Shown here piece after piece: positions 1 to 13,100 of a DNA stretch of 64,000 bases (position 1 is the stretch's first letter; every line of letters starts with the position of its first letter). The DNA lies in the NCBI GenBank assembly GCA_964016885.1, contig OZ024743.1:109244001-109308000 (forward strand), read 5' to 3'. The DNA is from Eledone cirrhosa (Eukaryota). The position numbers and the translations under genes were made by a program. Under the pieces are notes generated by a model, which was not told the origin of the DNA, did not search any database, and saw only the letters and a program-made list of their open reading frames with translations.

Positions 1-934
1 GTTGAAGATGGTGATGATTTGCCTGGCGGCTGCGGTGTTATCGAGGTAATTGTCATAATGCTGGTGGTGACGTTGCTGAGGGTAGTGGTGTTGCTGAAGC
101 TGAAGGTTTTTTGTGTTGCCAGTCGCAGTTGTAATGTTGATGATTCTGGTGTGGTTACTGCTTCTGACGATGTTGATGTTGATGGTAGTGGTAGCTGTAA
201 AAATACCTGTAGTTGTGCTGACGACTAGTCGGGATGTGTGTGGTAGTGTTAGTGGGGTTGGCTTCACTGGTGATTTGAGATGATGAATACATGTTGGTGA
301 CTAGTTGAATAACTCCTAATTGGAGAATTGCAAGTGCCAATATCGCTATTTTTCTAACTCCCATTTATTACATCTCGCATTTTCTCTCCCTCTCCCCATG
401 TATAATATATATATATATTTCTCATATTACTCTCTTATTTTTCTTTCATAAATACTCATATCCTTCTCTCTTTTTCACATCTCTTTTTTCACATATATAT
501 TTGTTATATACGTACATACGCTTCCTCTCACTATCTTTATTCTTACTTTCTTCGTTCTTGCTATATCTTTAACACACAATATACTCTTTCTCCTTTCTCT
601 CCCGCAATTTTTCCATTCACCTCATTCTCTTCCCGTCTCACCCACACGCAAACACTGTTACTTCTTACTCTCTATCTCAATCACATTCTTGCTTTAATTT
701 TCTTTCGTTTTATTAGGTTTTATAGAATATTTGTTTTTATATTTTTATATATTTTTTACTGTTATTTTCACCTGAAAGTTACCTCCTAAGTTGCAAATTC
801 ATAGATCAATACAGAATAATTGCGTGACCGAAAAATCATTATCGATTAGCTATGATTGATTAATTGTGAACTAATTACGTTTCAAAATGTTAGTCAGCAA
901 AGAATAATGATGACATTGACAATAGCAGCATAAA

Positions 935-1066
935 CAGTAGCAGTAGCAGTGCATCAGGTGGTGGTGGCAGTAATAGTAGTAGTAGAAGCTGTAGCAGTAG
1001 TAGTATTAGTAGAAGTAGAAGATGCAGTAGTAGTAGTAGTATTAGTAGTGGCAGCAGCAACAGTAC

Positions 1067-1139
<73 letters not shown>

Positions 1140-1209
1140 CATAGTAGTAGTAGTAGTAGCAGTAGTAGTAGTAGTAGAAGCAGGAGTAGTAGTAGTAGTG
1201 TTAGTAGTG

Positions 1210-1266
<57 letters not shown>

Positions 1267-1282
1267 ATAGGAGTAGTAATGT
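935..1282. repeat. (TAG)n/(CAG)n compound trinucleotide microsatellite
   Basis: Visible directly; it explains the poly-V/T/L ORFs at 949-1337. Confidence 0.97.
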
Positions 1283-1604
1283 ATTGATTCTGTGTTCGAT
1301 CACACCTCGCGGCTCTTGGGCAAGTAACATTTACCAAAGCCTCTTGTGAGTGAAATTGAATAGACGCAATTTATGTGGATGCCAATCTCATTGTCAGTAG
1401 CGGTATTTTAGCTTGCAATATCTTATGTGGCTCATCATATTTATTTGAAAATCGTGTAATTTAAGGGCGGTTTACTAGTGATATATTGAAGAAGAGGATA
1501 CCATTTTAAAGCACACTCGTGAACTCAAGACAATATATATGAATACTTGATGCAATGGAATCCACTATTCTGTAGTGCGATGTGAATAATGATAACTTAT
1601 TTAA

Positions 1605-1795
1605 GCAAACGGCCAGCAATTATTGGTGAGCGGAAAGTAGATTTCATCAAACCTATTTCTTTAATAGCACTATATTTTTTTTTTCCTGAAAGAATGAAAG
1701 GCAAAGTTGACGTTGACGTGATTTGAACATATAGCCGGAAAAAATTCTGCTACGCATTTATCTGACGCTCTAACGATTCTGCTAATCCACCGTCC
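1605..1795 (-). mobile_element. Degenerate tRNA-derived SINE
   Basis: Contains gaatgaaaggcaaagttgac...gatttgaac...ctaatccaccg, the reverse complement of the SINE at 57220-57407. Confidence 0.7.
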
Positions 1796-1877
1796 TCATC
1801 ATCTGAACGACGAGATCTATCAATTAAACTAAAGGAGGAATTACAACTAAGAAAATTTGACAGGGCCTATTTTAACA

Positions 1878-1934
1878 TACTACTACTACTACTACTACTA
1901 CTAATACTACTACTACTTCTACTACTACTAGTAA

Positions 1935-2017
<83 letters not shown>

Positions 2018-2040
2018 ATATTACTACTGCTACTACTACT
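1878..2040. repeat. (CTA)n microsatellite
   Basis: Visible directly. Confidence 0.97.
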
Positions 2041-2041
2041 A

Positions 2042-2225
2042 TAGTGAAATTCTGTTATAAGAAAATTCATGGGGTATAACACATTCGTTGTTACGGAAAA
2101 TTCTTTATAATGAGATTGACCGAATCAAATCGAGCGTTTGTTTGTTATTACCTCGGGGATTAAAATAAAATCGTTATGCTGAAAAATTCCTCATAATGGT
2201 ATTCGCTATAACGGAATTTTACCTG
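2042..2225. mobile_element. pogo/Tigger-like MITE
   Basis: Imperfect TIRs (tagtgaaattctgttata / tataacggaattttacctg) flanked by TA; the (CTA)n tract resumes on both sides. Confidence 0.65.
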
Positions 2226-2249
2226 TACTACTACTATGATCGGTTTTAT

Positions 2250-2705
2250 AGACGTAAAAAAGGAGGAATCTTCCAAAATGGCATATACTATCTACTACTA
2301 TATATTGATTTGACTCCACTAAGTAATGTGTTGAACGAAACCACTAACATTTACAAATGCTATGGACAATCTGTAAAACATTGTGTCTATGTGAATGAAG
2401 TTACAACACTTAGAAGAGATTGTACCTTATAAGAAAATCTACTCAAAATTGTACAGAAATTCAAGAAGACATAGAAATTACTTTCTGATTGTAAGCGTGT
2501 AAATGCAATAAAAGAAGTCAAATTACGCAAAACTAATGAATTTAAATTAGGTAGAATCAATGAAATTAGAACTATAGAATAATCCACCCGTGAAAATATT
2601 TAGGACATAATAAATAAAATAGTACTGAATACTCAGACAAAAAAAGAGAAAATTCTAAACAAGAACTATTCAAGTGTCAGATAAATATCAAAACTTGAAG
2701 TTAAT
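2250..2705 (+). pseudogene. Highly decayed R4/Dong-type RT fragment
   Basis: KGGIFQNG..YLLLYIDLTPLSNVLNETT...VKHCVYVNEV resembles the R4-clade RT motifs RGIFQGD..PLLF...PLS..LN...HLLYMDD; a KYLG motif follows; many stops. Confidence 0.5.
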
Positions 2706-3532
2706 ATTAGAAACAAGATGATAGAAATATCAGATATGAGATAAATGACACGTTCTCCGCCTTCAACTTAAACGCTTCGGCCACAATCCGCGGTACGGCA
2801 TCCCGCAATGCAGAGAATAGGAAGACAAACGAATAGGGCGTCAGTCTCGCTGCTTCCTCTTCGTACCGGTCACAGATGAGACCTCTGGCGTCCACGGACA
2901 CGCTACTGCTGATCTCCTCCCTAAAATCAGAACTTTTGTAGCACATCTGAGGAAGGAGTTCGGTTGGCTGTTGCAGCATATGTCACTGGCATTTGTTCAC
3001 GTGGTGCAGACTCCCCCCTCCCTAAGCATAGAGCCTATCAACCCCTCCCTCTGTCACGCATGACCTAGCTTTTTCCCTACCTTTCCTCTCATCTTTGTCA
3101 TTGATAACCCATTCCACTATTTTTTTATGCAGCCAGATCTGATCTTTTTACACCTTCCTCCTCTCTTCTTTGTTAAATATTGTTTTGACATTTTTTTTCA
3201 TATATCCGTCAATATTAGTTATTTTATTCATTCGACTAAAAAAATGTGTAAAAGCAAAGTAAATGAAACATTATGAAATGGACCACAATTGTTTTCGTCG
3301 ATGTAGGTGTGCGTTCTGCAGGCACGCACGCATTTGTTATAGTTCTTAGGGTGATTCTGCGTGACAATGAATATTTTCTGATTCAATTCCAGGAAAAAAA
3401 TATTTCTTGGCAGCTGTGTGGACTGCATAAATGTTCAATAAAATATCTTCCTCAAGGACACAACGCCCAGCCGGGAATCGAACTCATAATCTTACGTTTA
3501 TGAGTGCCTTCACGCAACAATAATGATAATAA

Positions 3533-4145
3533 TTGGTTCTACATTTGGTACAAGTCCAGCAATTACTCCAGTGCATTACTGGTGCTTTATTTTATGGACC
3601 CTGTAAGGATGAAAGGTGGGATCTGAACTCAAAACTCAAAGGGACATAACTCTATGCTGCAAAGCAATAATAACAGCGTCAACAAATTCGTTGGAGGCAT
3701 ATGTAAGAATTCTTATTATAGCTAAAAGCAGAAATAGGGTGGTGGTGTGGCAAGATCGTTAGAGGTATAGACAAAAGATTCTAATGATATTTAGTTACAG
3801 CACTTACCGTGTCGAGTGCCGGCCATGTCAACTTTGCTTATATTAATCAAAAACAAACCAATATGTATTGGTGTTATGTAATAGCCATTCTCCCCCCCAA
3901 CAAATATCTTGCATTGTGCTAAATTAAGAAATCCTTTAATAAAATAACAGGGCGTTTGATTGGAAGTATCGTCAGAGCATCGGACAACATGCTTCGCGAC
4001 TGAGTGTTTGTTCTGAGTTCAAATGCCACCAACATTTGCATTGCCTTTCGTCCTTACTCGGTCGATAAAATAAAGCACCCGTAACGCACAATGTCGAGTT
4101 TATCTAATTTCCTCTTTCATTCGAACCGCTGGTCTTGCGTTAAAT
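3533..4145. mobile_element. Cluster of three SINE remnants (~3533-3665 minus; ~3740-3935 and ~3950-4145 plus)
   Basis: Shared motifs gagttcaaat (B box), gcctttcgtccttactcggtcgataaaataaag and ttgtgc..aa.ttagaa. Confidence 0.7.
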
Positions 4146-5429
4146 GTAGTCGGCCATGCTTTTAAAACAAGTGTTTGTATAAAGAAAACGATTTCAAGCA
4201 CAATAGCTTTGAAATGAATGATTGTTCTAAACTGACCTAGATACGAATTAGGTAGGTGGCGATATATCTTCTCCAACCAAAATGCAAATTGCAGTTCATA
4301 GTTCTCAGTTTTCTAAATATATGCCATTGGCCTATTTGATTTATCTCTGTTTGCCCAGGCTTCGAAATAATCCTACTTATTTCTCATTGTTCTAGCTGTT
4401 ACTGCTTTAGATGTACTTTTAGTTGTAGTTGTTTCAGTTGGACAAATTGTAAATTTTGAAACATGAATAAACATAGATTCTAACGTGACATACTTTAGAT
4501 ATTTGAGTATTTTATATTGTGTATTACATTGACATGTATCGCCCGTGTATGAAGTAAAGGAATATATTTCAGTGGAGAGGACCACGCTTTACTCTTCTCT
4601 AGGTTTTCTGATAGATTTTCTATTAGTAGGCTTTTCATTGGTTTTTTCCATGAGGTACAAAATGAAATTTACCATTTGGTAAATTTCAATTTGGCAATAA
4701 TATAGCTTAGGCACATATCGTATAAACCAGAGAATGTTAAATTAGGAGAACACTAAATATAATAAAACGAAAAAAAAAAAGAAAAAATTCAGATAAGATT
4801 CACACCCTGTATATACAAGTGTACAGGTTTATATATTCTTGGACATTCCATCATCTTTCACAATATAATTTATTATTGCTGGGCGTGACAAATCTGCTCT
4901 ACGGTCCTATAGTTGATGTGGAAGACGTCACTGATGAATAGTAGATAACAAAAATCACGTATCAATGAAGGATGTTTAAATGTCAACTGAAAATAATAAA
5001 CACTGGTGCGGCATTATTTCTAGTTTAGTGAGTATTTTTCTAATTAAAATTAATCAATTCACTTGAGTTGATGTATTGTTAATGAAGATAATTTATCGCC
5101 TCTATTTCAAGAGGCACAATATTGAAGAGTATAGCAAATTATCATTTTTTCTATATTTATTTGTCATCAGATCCCCTAATTCATTTTGAATTCTTTTGAA
5201 TATAAGTTTATGTACAACTCCAATCGATAACAATATACATTATTGTTTCCTGGATATATCGGATATTCATTTAGTTAATATGTGGATCTTTTAAATATAA
5301 TAGTATTTCAAATACGTACGCACAGACAAACATACACATACGTATACATACACATACATGCACACACACACGTAGACACACATACGCACACGCATACACC
5401 CCCCCCCCCCCACACGCCCCCCCCCCCCC

Positions 5430-5486
<57 letters not shown>

Positions 5487-5969
5487 GTTTGTATCTATGC
5501 ATGTATAAATAAGAAAATATATATTGGTTGGCTATTAGTATGACTAACCTTTGCATAGATTCTACCCACATTAAAATGTAATGAAAATACACAGAAACGA
5601 CTCTGCTGTTCAAACAATTTGAGCACAGCATACAAAATACATTCTGCAAATTCTATTTCCTTTGCTGACCTCCTAGTACAAACATAAACTGCTAAATCTA
5701 TTTTCAGGTATCAAAGAGTACAAATAATATTCTGGGGCCAAGAAAATAAGGTACGAGTCATGTACTTTAGTCAATACAATCGATTTCACCTACACACATA
5801 TTGCTGGGCTTGTGCCAATGTTAGAAATATTTATAACAGGGAATATTTTTTGTAATGATAGTTATATTCATTCATTCCCTCTGATTCTGATAATAATATT
5901 AGTTGTCGTTTACTGGAGATGGTTTCTACTAAAACATTCAAATTGGCAAAACATATTTTTTGCTGTAAT

Positions 5970-6146
5970 AACTGTTTCTACTTTAGGCACAAGGCCAGCA
6001 ATTACCCAGTACATTACTGGTACTTTATTTTATCGACCCCGTAAGGATGAAAGGCAAAGTCAACCTCGGCGGGATTTGAACTCAGATCGTAAAGGGACGT
6101 AACTATGCTGGAAAGCATGGCGTCCGACCCTCTACCGATACTGCCA
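5970..6146 (-). mobile_element. tRNA-derived SINE, younger subfamily
   Basis: Close reverse-complement match to 57220-57407. Confidence 0.9.
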
Positions 6147-6319
6147 AAATAACGTTTTGATGTATATTACATTTCTAAAATGTTTATGTATATCTGTGTG
6201 TGTGTGAATATTTTTGAATGCGTGGATCTGTATGTGCATGTATTAATACAAATAATTGTATTTAAAGAATAATTATTTAAATATGACATCCGCCTCACAA
6301 ACAATTACACTCCACTCAC

Positions 6320-6618
<299 letters not shown>

Positions 6619-7238
6619 TAAATTTGAATACATTCTCCCATCAGCTATAACAAAGGAATGCTTTGTCTTAATGTAGTTTCACATGAGTTTGGTGTCATTG
6701 TGAACAACGAAAAGAAATTTATTAAATACATAACATTTAACATCTTAGATATTAGATAATTGTTTGCATCTGTATAAATGTTTGTAGATATTATTAGATT
6801 TGTTTACTTTTTGTTTTTCGTCTTTTGTTTTTCTATTCGCCTTTCTTGCCGTGGGAGTGAGGAACGTTTATGTTTGTACTGGTATATTTGATACGTACTT
6901 GAATAAATAGAAAGACCACATGCTTCCCCCTCCAACTCCAACGGCGACAATGGAGATTCCAAAATATTTCAGACAAACAAAATCAACTACAACATTAAAA
7001 ACAATACTAATAAAAACACACAAATCAAACCTCTTTCACACGCAACGACTGGCACGTACTTATGTACATGTATATGTAAATACACACACATCTGTATATT
7101 ATACCTATATAACTACATCCCCACTTACATGTCTGTGTACATAGATATGTACACATGTGTATATATACACATCTTTGCACGTAGATATGTATATACTCGA
7201 ACACACACACACATACACACATACACACACACACACAT

Positions 7239-7319
<81 letters not shown>

Positions 7320-7542
7320 CATATTTAACATTCATACGCATATGTGTGACTGATGTGTCTGTTTTAGACGCTATTACGTACTTGCATACGTACATACACA
7401 CATATATTTATATAGATACCTACATAAACACACGCACATCCAGCCACCCACACTCGTATATCTATATACATACATACATACATACATACACACACGTACA
7501 CATGTTTGTAAAAATGCATACGACAATATATATATATATATA

Positions 7543-7709
7543 TATATTTATTGTATATAAGGAGCTTTTACAGGACTAGTACTATTTCATTCAGATGAAA
7601 CAGTACTAGTCCTGTAGAAGCTCCTTCTATACAATAAATATATTTTACTCTGCCATGTATTGAGTACCTTAGTTACTGTGGTTTTCCCCGACTCAACCCG
7701 GGACCTACG

Positions 7710-7710
<1 letters not shown>
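7543..7710 (+). mobile_element. Fold-back PLE-like terminal fragment (~50 bp arms plus tail) in (TA)n
   Basis: atttattgtatataaggagcttttacaggactagtactatttcat-tcag-atgaaacagtactagtcctgtagaagctccttctatacaataaat is a near-perfect hairpin, followed by a unique tail and (TA)n. It carries only the GAAAC..GTC half of an HHR. Confidence 0.55.
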
Positions 7711-7745
<35 letters not shown>

Positions 7746-8379
7746 AAGATACAAACGTACATATTTACGTACATACATACGCACATACATGTTTGCTAAC
7801 TGAAATATGTTTATATGTATATTTAACATACATACACATATGTGTGTCTGTACGTGTCTGTATGTTATACTGTTATATCCATCAGAGAGCGTTTGGTTTA
7901 AGTTTCTAGTGGAATCCTCACGTGGAATTGTTGATATTCCCTAGACCATTCTCAAGAGTATTGAGGAGTGTCTTGATAGGCATGACATGAACGAGAAAAC
8001 TGCTGATGCTGTGAAGATATAAACAGCGAAAAAGTCTGCCTTTTAGAATAGAATGGGAAAGAAAAAATCCTAAGAAAATGGGTTTGTGTATTCAGTTGTA
8101 TATTTTTAACGTTTTTTTCAATTCCAAAATGGATCCCAACAAAAAAATATTGAGTTCAGTTACAGATGAAGATGAAGTTTCAAACTAGATACATGTATGT
8201 ATGTATGTATGTATGTATGTATGTATGTATGTATGTATGTATGTATGTATGTATGTATGTATGTATGTATGTATGTATGTATGTGTGTATGTGTGTATGT
8301 ATGTATGTATGTATGTATGTATGTATGTATGTGTGTATGTGTGTATGTATGTATGTATGTATGTATGTATGTATGTATG

Positions 8380-8617
8380 AATGTTTTGGTTGCCGACTCT
8401 GTGCAATACATTTTAGATCATTGGCTGGGCTAAAAAGCCACATTCGATCGCAGCGCTGTTAGTTGCTATCGTGTGTGTGTGTGTGTGTAGATATGCTTTA
8501 TGTGTGCGTGTGTGTATATATATATGTATATGTATATTATTATTGTTTTTGTCGTTATTATTATTGTTGTTATTATTATTATTATTATTATTGTTATTAA
8601 TGTATGCGTGTGTATAG

Positions 8618-8648
<31 letters not shown>

Positions 8649-8650
8649 TG

Positions 8651-8687
<37 letters not shown>

Positions 8688-8800
8688 CTTTCTTTCTTTT
8701 TTATTTTTATTTTATTTTTATTTATTTATTATTATTATTTTTTTTTTTTTTTCTTTCTCGTGCAATGGCCATACTCGATAACGAGGGGGCAGCCATCATG
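8380..8800 (+). mobile_element. 5'-truncated RTE LINE 3' end (copy 1)
   Basis: Encodes FGCRLCAIHFRSLAGLKSHIRSQRC* (terminal zinc-finger-like motif). Ends ggccatactcgataacgagggggcagccatc + (TATG)n. Confidence 0.8.
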
Positions 8801-8851
8801 TATGTATGTATGTATGTATGTATGTATGTATGTATGTATGTATGTATGTAT

Positions 8852-10180
8852 GTTTTGGTTGCCGACTCTGTGTAAGACATTTTAGATCATTGGCTGGGAT
8901 AAAAAGCCGCATTCAATCGCAGCGCTGTTAATTGCTATCGTGTGTGTGTGTGTATAGATATGTTTATGTGTGTGTATATATATGTATATTATTATTGTTG
9001 TTGTTATAGTTATTATTGTTGTTGTTATTATTGTTCTTTGAGTCTCAGTCATTGATGTTAGTTAACTGGAAAGTGTGTTGAAATGAATATCAAGCCACTA
9101 CCTGCAGCCTCGGTTATTCAGGACGTATCGGAGGGTTCATGCTGTTCCCAGCAAGCATGCTTTTTGAAGTGTTCCAAAAAGCGGGGCGGGGCCAATTTTC
9201 TTTAACCATCCCTGGAAACCTTTTGAGATAGTACCTAGTGTGCCTATGACAATCGGGACCACTTTGACTTCATGGCAGTTCCAAATCCTTTTTACATCCC
9301 ACATTAAGTCCTGGTATCGGTTAATTTTCTCTCTCCCCTTCTCTTGCACTCTCGTGTCGAATGGGCAGACCACATCCACAATCAGGCACGATCTTTTTTC
9401 CTTGTCCAAAACCACCAGGTCTGGTTATTGTGTTCCAGGTCCGTCTGTATCCTAAACTCCCATAGTACCTTCACCTGATCGTTTTCTATCATTGACTCTG
9501 GCTTATGCTCATACCACTTCTCAGAATGTGGTAAATTGTTTACTTTGCATAGGTGCCAGTGGTTCACCCTGCCCATCACATCATGTCTCCGGCCTTTATA
9601 GTGAGTCTGGGCTAGGTGTTTACACTCAGATACAATGTGAGCTACAGTCTCCTCTCTCTCTTCACAGATCCTGCAGTGTGCTAGCCTCCTCCATGTAAAT
9701 ATGGTATTTCAGCCATTTCGTTTTGAGGGCCTGCTCTTGCGCAGTCATTAGCATTCCTTCTGTAGCCTTTTTAAGGTCTCCTCTTTTCAACCAGTTCCAT
9801 GTCTGTGGATCTCTGAATTCCATTTTCTCAAAGAAGGTACTATGAAAGGATTTTTCATGAAGGCTGCTCTTACTCCTTATTGTTATTTCTTCCTTGAACA
9901 TCCCCTGGTCTATTGTCCTCTCCTTCAGTACAATTCTGAACATTGGCTCCTTACTATCAGTCACGTATTTGTGTAGGTTGTTTTTTCTCCATCTGAACAC
10001 ATTCCTCTATGCTGATAAGGCCTCTTCCACATTCAGATCTCCTTAAGTAGAGTCTATCGACATCACTCCTCTTGTGGAACATTTATTATTATTGTTATTA
10101 TTATTATTACATTTATTATTATTGTTCTCGTGCAATGGTCATACTCGATAACGAGGGGGCAGCCATCATGTATGTATGTA
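8852..10180 (+). mobile_element. RTE 3' end (copy 2), split by a nested R4/Dong element
   Basis: 8852-9035 repeats 8380-8600 and 10081-10180 repeats 8720-8810, with the RLE element in between. Confidence 0.8.
9036..10080 (-). mobile_element. 5'-truncated R4/Dong-clade non-LTR retrotransposon (RT C-terminus, CCHC knuckle, REL endonuclease)
   Basis: DRLYLRRSECGRGL, AQEQAL, CRIC...ETVAHIVSEC, RHD, PDLVVLDKEKRSCLIVDVVCP..EK, VVPIVIGTLG, LQKACLLGTA; frameshifted; flanked by (TTA/TTG)n. Confidence 0.92.
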
Positions 10181-10181
10181 C

Positions 10182-13100
10182 ATTGTTTCAGGTTGCTCTC
10201 GAGTGCTACTGGTAACATGTAACCCAGTACTACCTGTCTCATGGTCGGGTCGTCGGCGACTAAACCGGCAACCCCACCAAGCTTGCTTGGTGAGGAGGGT
10301 GATATTTGGACACCCTGTGGGATGAAATACAACACCTGGGAAAGGGCGCAGGAACTCAGTAGAGTCAACGGCCATCCAAATAGTACTTTTTTATTTTCTT
10401 TTACCTGGGAGTGAAGGGCCCCCTGTTGCTGTCTCAACACCTTTCTAGGAGAGGGAAACTCTGAAAAATATCCTCTGGCTTTGGCAGCATCCGATGATGT
10501 TGGCCAGCTCTCCTTTACGCGTAGTGTTTTCGATGCTCAGAGATTGAGATTGCTCGCATGCAAGGCCTTTCCCCACTTAAAAAAAAACCTTCAAAGCACA
10601 GACATCGCTTGTTTAGGATCTGTTACAGGTTAGTGTGGCTGGCTGTAGCCTAAAATTGCACCAAACTCTATGATGACAGATGATAACCTTGAAGCCAATG
10701 GCAGTAAGGGCGCTGGAACTTATTGTGAAGGGGTCTGGATCGGCAGGTCACCCATGGCACCGCAACGTGGGCCTGGTCGTCATCCTACAACTGCAAGGAG
10801 GTTCAAACCTCTGATTATTGGATGTTAGAATGTAAGAACTTTACTGGATTCCCAGTCCAGTAAAACTCTCCCTGAAAGAAGAATTGATTTGGTGTCGAGG
10901 GAACTCGATCGCTATAGCATGGACATCGTTGCTCTTTCAGAAACGAGATTGGCATGTGAGGGTCAATTCAGAGAATAGAAGGAAGGATATACCTTCTATT
11001 GGAGTGGTGGAACAGAGGGTTGTAGGAGACAGGCAGGGGTAGCATTTGCAGTCAGGAATGGAATCGTCTCACAGCTGAACCTGTTCCTAGTGGATTCAAT
11101 GATCGGATAATATCCATGAGAGCCCCTCTGATTCAAAACTGCTTTGTGACTCTGGTCAGTGTGTACGCTCATACTATGTGTGCCAGTGATGATGGAAAAC
11201 TAAGTTTCTACATGTCTTTGAGAGAGGTCATTCATGGTGTATCTTATACAGACAAGATTGTCATCCTTGGTGATTTTAATGAAAGTGTTGGTAATGACTG
11301 GGAAGCTTGAAGTGTGATGGGCAGGTATGGTGTAGTTAAGTGCAATAACAATGGCCTACTTCTGTTGCAGATGTGCACTGAGATGGATCTTATTGTTGGG
11401 AACATGCGCTTTCAGCGGAAAGACACTTTGGATGCATCCAGGTTCCAAGAAGTGGCACCTTATTGACTTCGTTTTAACGAGAAAACGTGATATCAGGGAT
11501 ATCACATTGGTTCGTGTATTGCGAGGCGAAGAATGTTGGACTGATCATCGTCTGGTGCGCGCCAAGTTTCAATTTGTTGTGAAGCCCCAAGTAAGGGGGA
11601 AGAAGATTGCACTTCCAAAACAACTAAACGTGGCTTGTCTGAAAACAGAGAAAGTCAGAGCTGAGCTGTCTAGGTCCCTTGAATCCATGGAATGTGAAAA
11701 CACATGGGAATCATTGAAGAAAACCGTATTTGATGTTAGTGCTGGAGTTTTGGGTCATACCAATAGAAAGCATAAAGACTGGTTCGATGAAAATGATTCA
11801 GTCATCCATACCTTGCTTGAAGAGAAACAAAAACTACTGACATCATTGTTGTGTGAGACACGTTCTGACAGGTGTGACCTGACCTTCAGGCAGATCAAGG
11901 CATGTATGCAACATCGTTTGAGAGCCATGCAGGCTGATGAAATCCAGAAAGCCTCAGATAAACATGATACAAAGCTCTTATACAGTCTGCCCAAGGAGGT
12001 GTATCGTCTAACCGGTTCACAAATATCACCACTTCGCTCCGGGGACGGCAAGGGATTGCTCAGAGATCCGAAGGAAATCCTGATCAGGTGGCATGACCAC
12101 TTTGATGAGCTTCTCAACAGACCATCAGAAATTGATAATGAGTTCATACGGTCGATTTCATCCAGACCTACAAACCTGGTAATGGCTGATCCTCCTTCAT
12201 TTGATGAAGTGGCGAAGGCCATTGCGAAATTAAACAGCGGCAGGTCACCTAGAATGGATGGACTGTGTGCCGAGATTTTGAAGTTTGCTGGTGATAACTT
12301 CTTAAACCACCTCACTGATCTCCTTGTAAATGTTTGGAATGAAAAAAGATGTGCCACAGAATTGAGAAAGATGCACTGATGGTGGTACTTTACAAAGGAA
12401 AGGGAGCCAAAGATGACTGTGGCAACTACAGAGGTATTTCACGGCTATCTGTGGCTGGGAAAATCTTGTGCAGGATATTGTTGAACAGATTGATACAGCA
12501 CATTGCGGATGAGATAATTCCTGAGTCCCCATGTGGCTTTAGGAATGGCAGAGGCACTGTTGACATGATCTTCTCAGCTAAACTACTTCAAGACAAATGC
12601 CTTGAGTAGCGAATGGACTTATACCAAGTTTTTGTCGATCTGACCAAGGCATTTGACACCGTTAATCGGAAGGCTGTGTGGGTTATTTTAGAGAGATTGG
12701 GCTGCCTTGAAAAGTTTGTGAACATTCTGAAACTCTTACACGATGACATGCAGGCATGGGTGAATGTTGGAGGTAAACTGTCTGAGGCAATCTCGGTTGA
12801 AATAGGTGTCAAGCAGGGTGATATACCTGCACCAACTTTGTTTGCCTTGTATTTCGCAATGGTGTTCTTCATGGCCTTCAAGGTTTGTCAACACGGTATC
12901 TATCTCAGATATCGCACTTCCGGCAAGCTGTTTAAACTTAGGCGTCTCACTGCCAACACTAAGGTACTGAGTACGTTGATCAGAGATTGTTTATATGCAG
13001 ATGATTGTGATATCTTTGCACACTCCCAGAGTTACATGCAACACATTATGGATTCTTTTTCCAATGCGTGCAGTGCTTTGGGACTGACAATCAGTCTGAA

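Noticed and set aside
4373-4585. Possible host exon (Thr-rich ORF)
   Set aside because: No convincing splice sites or recognisable domain.
11755-12881. Minus-strand ORFs of 76-200 aa
   Set aside because: Antisense shadows of the RTE ORF.
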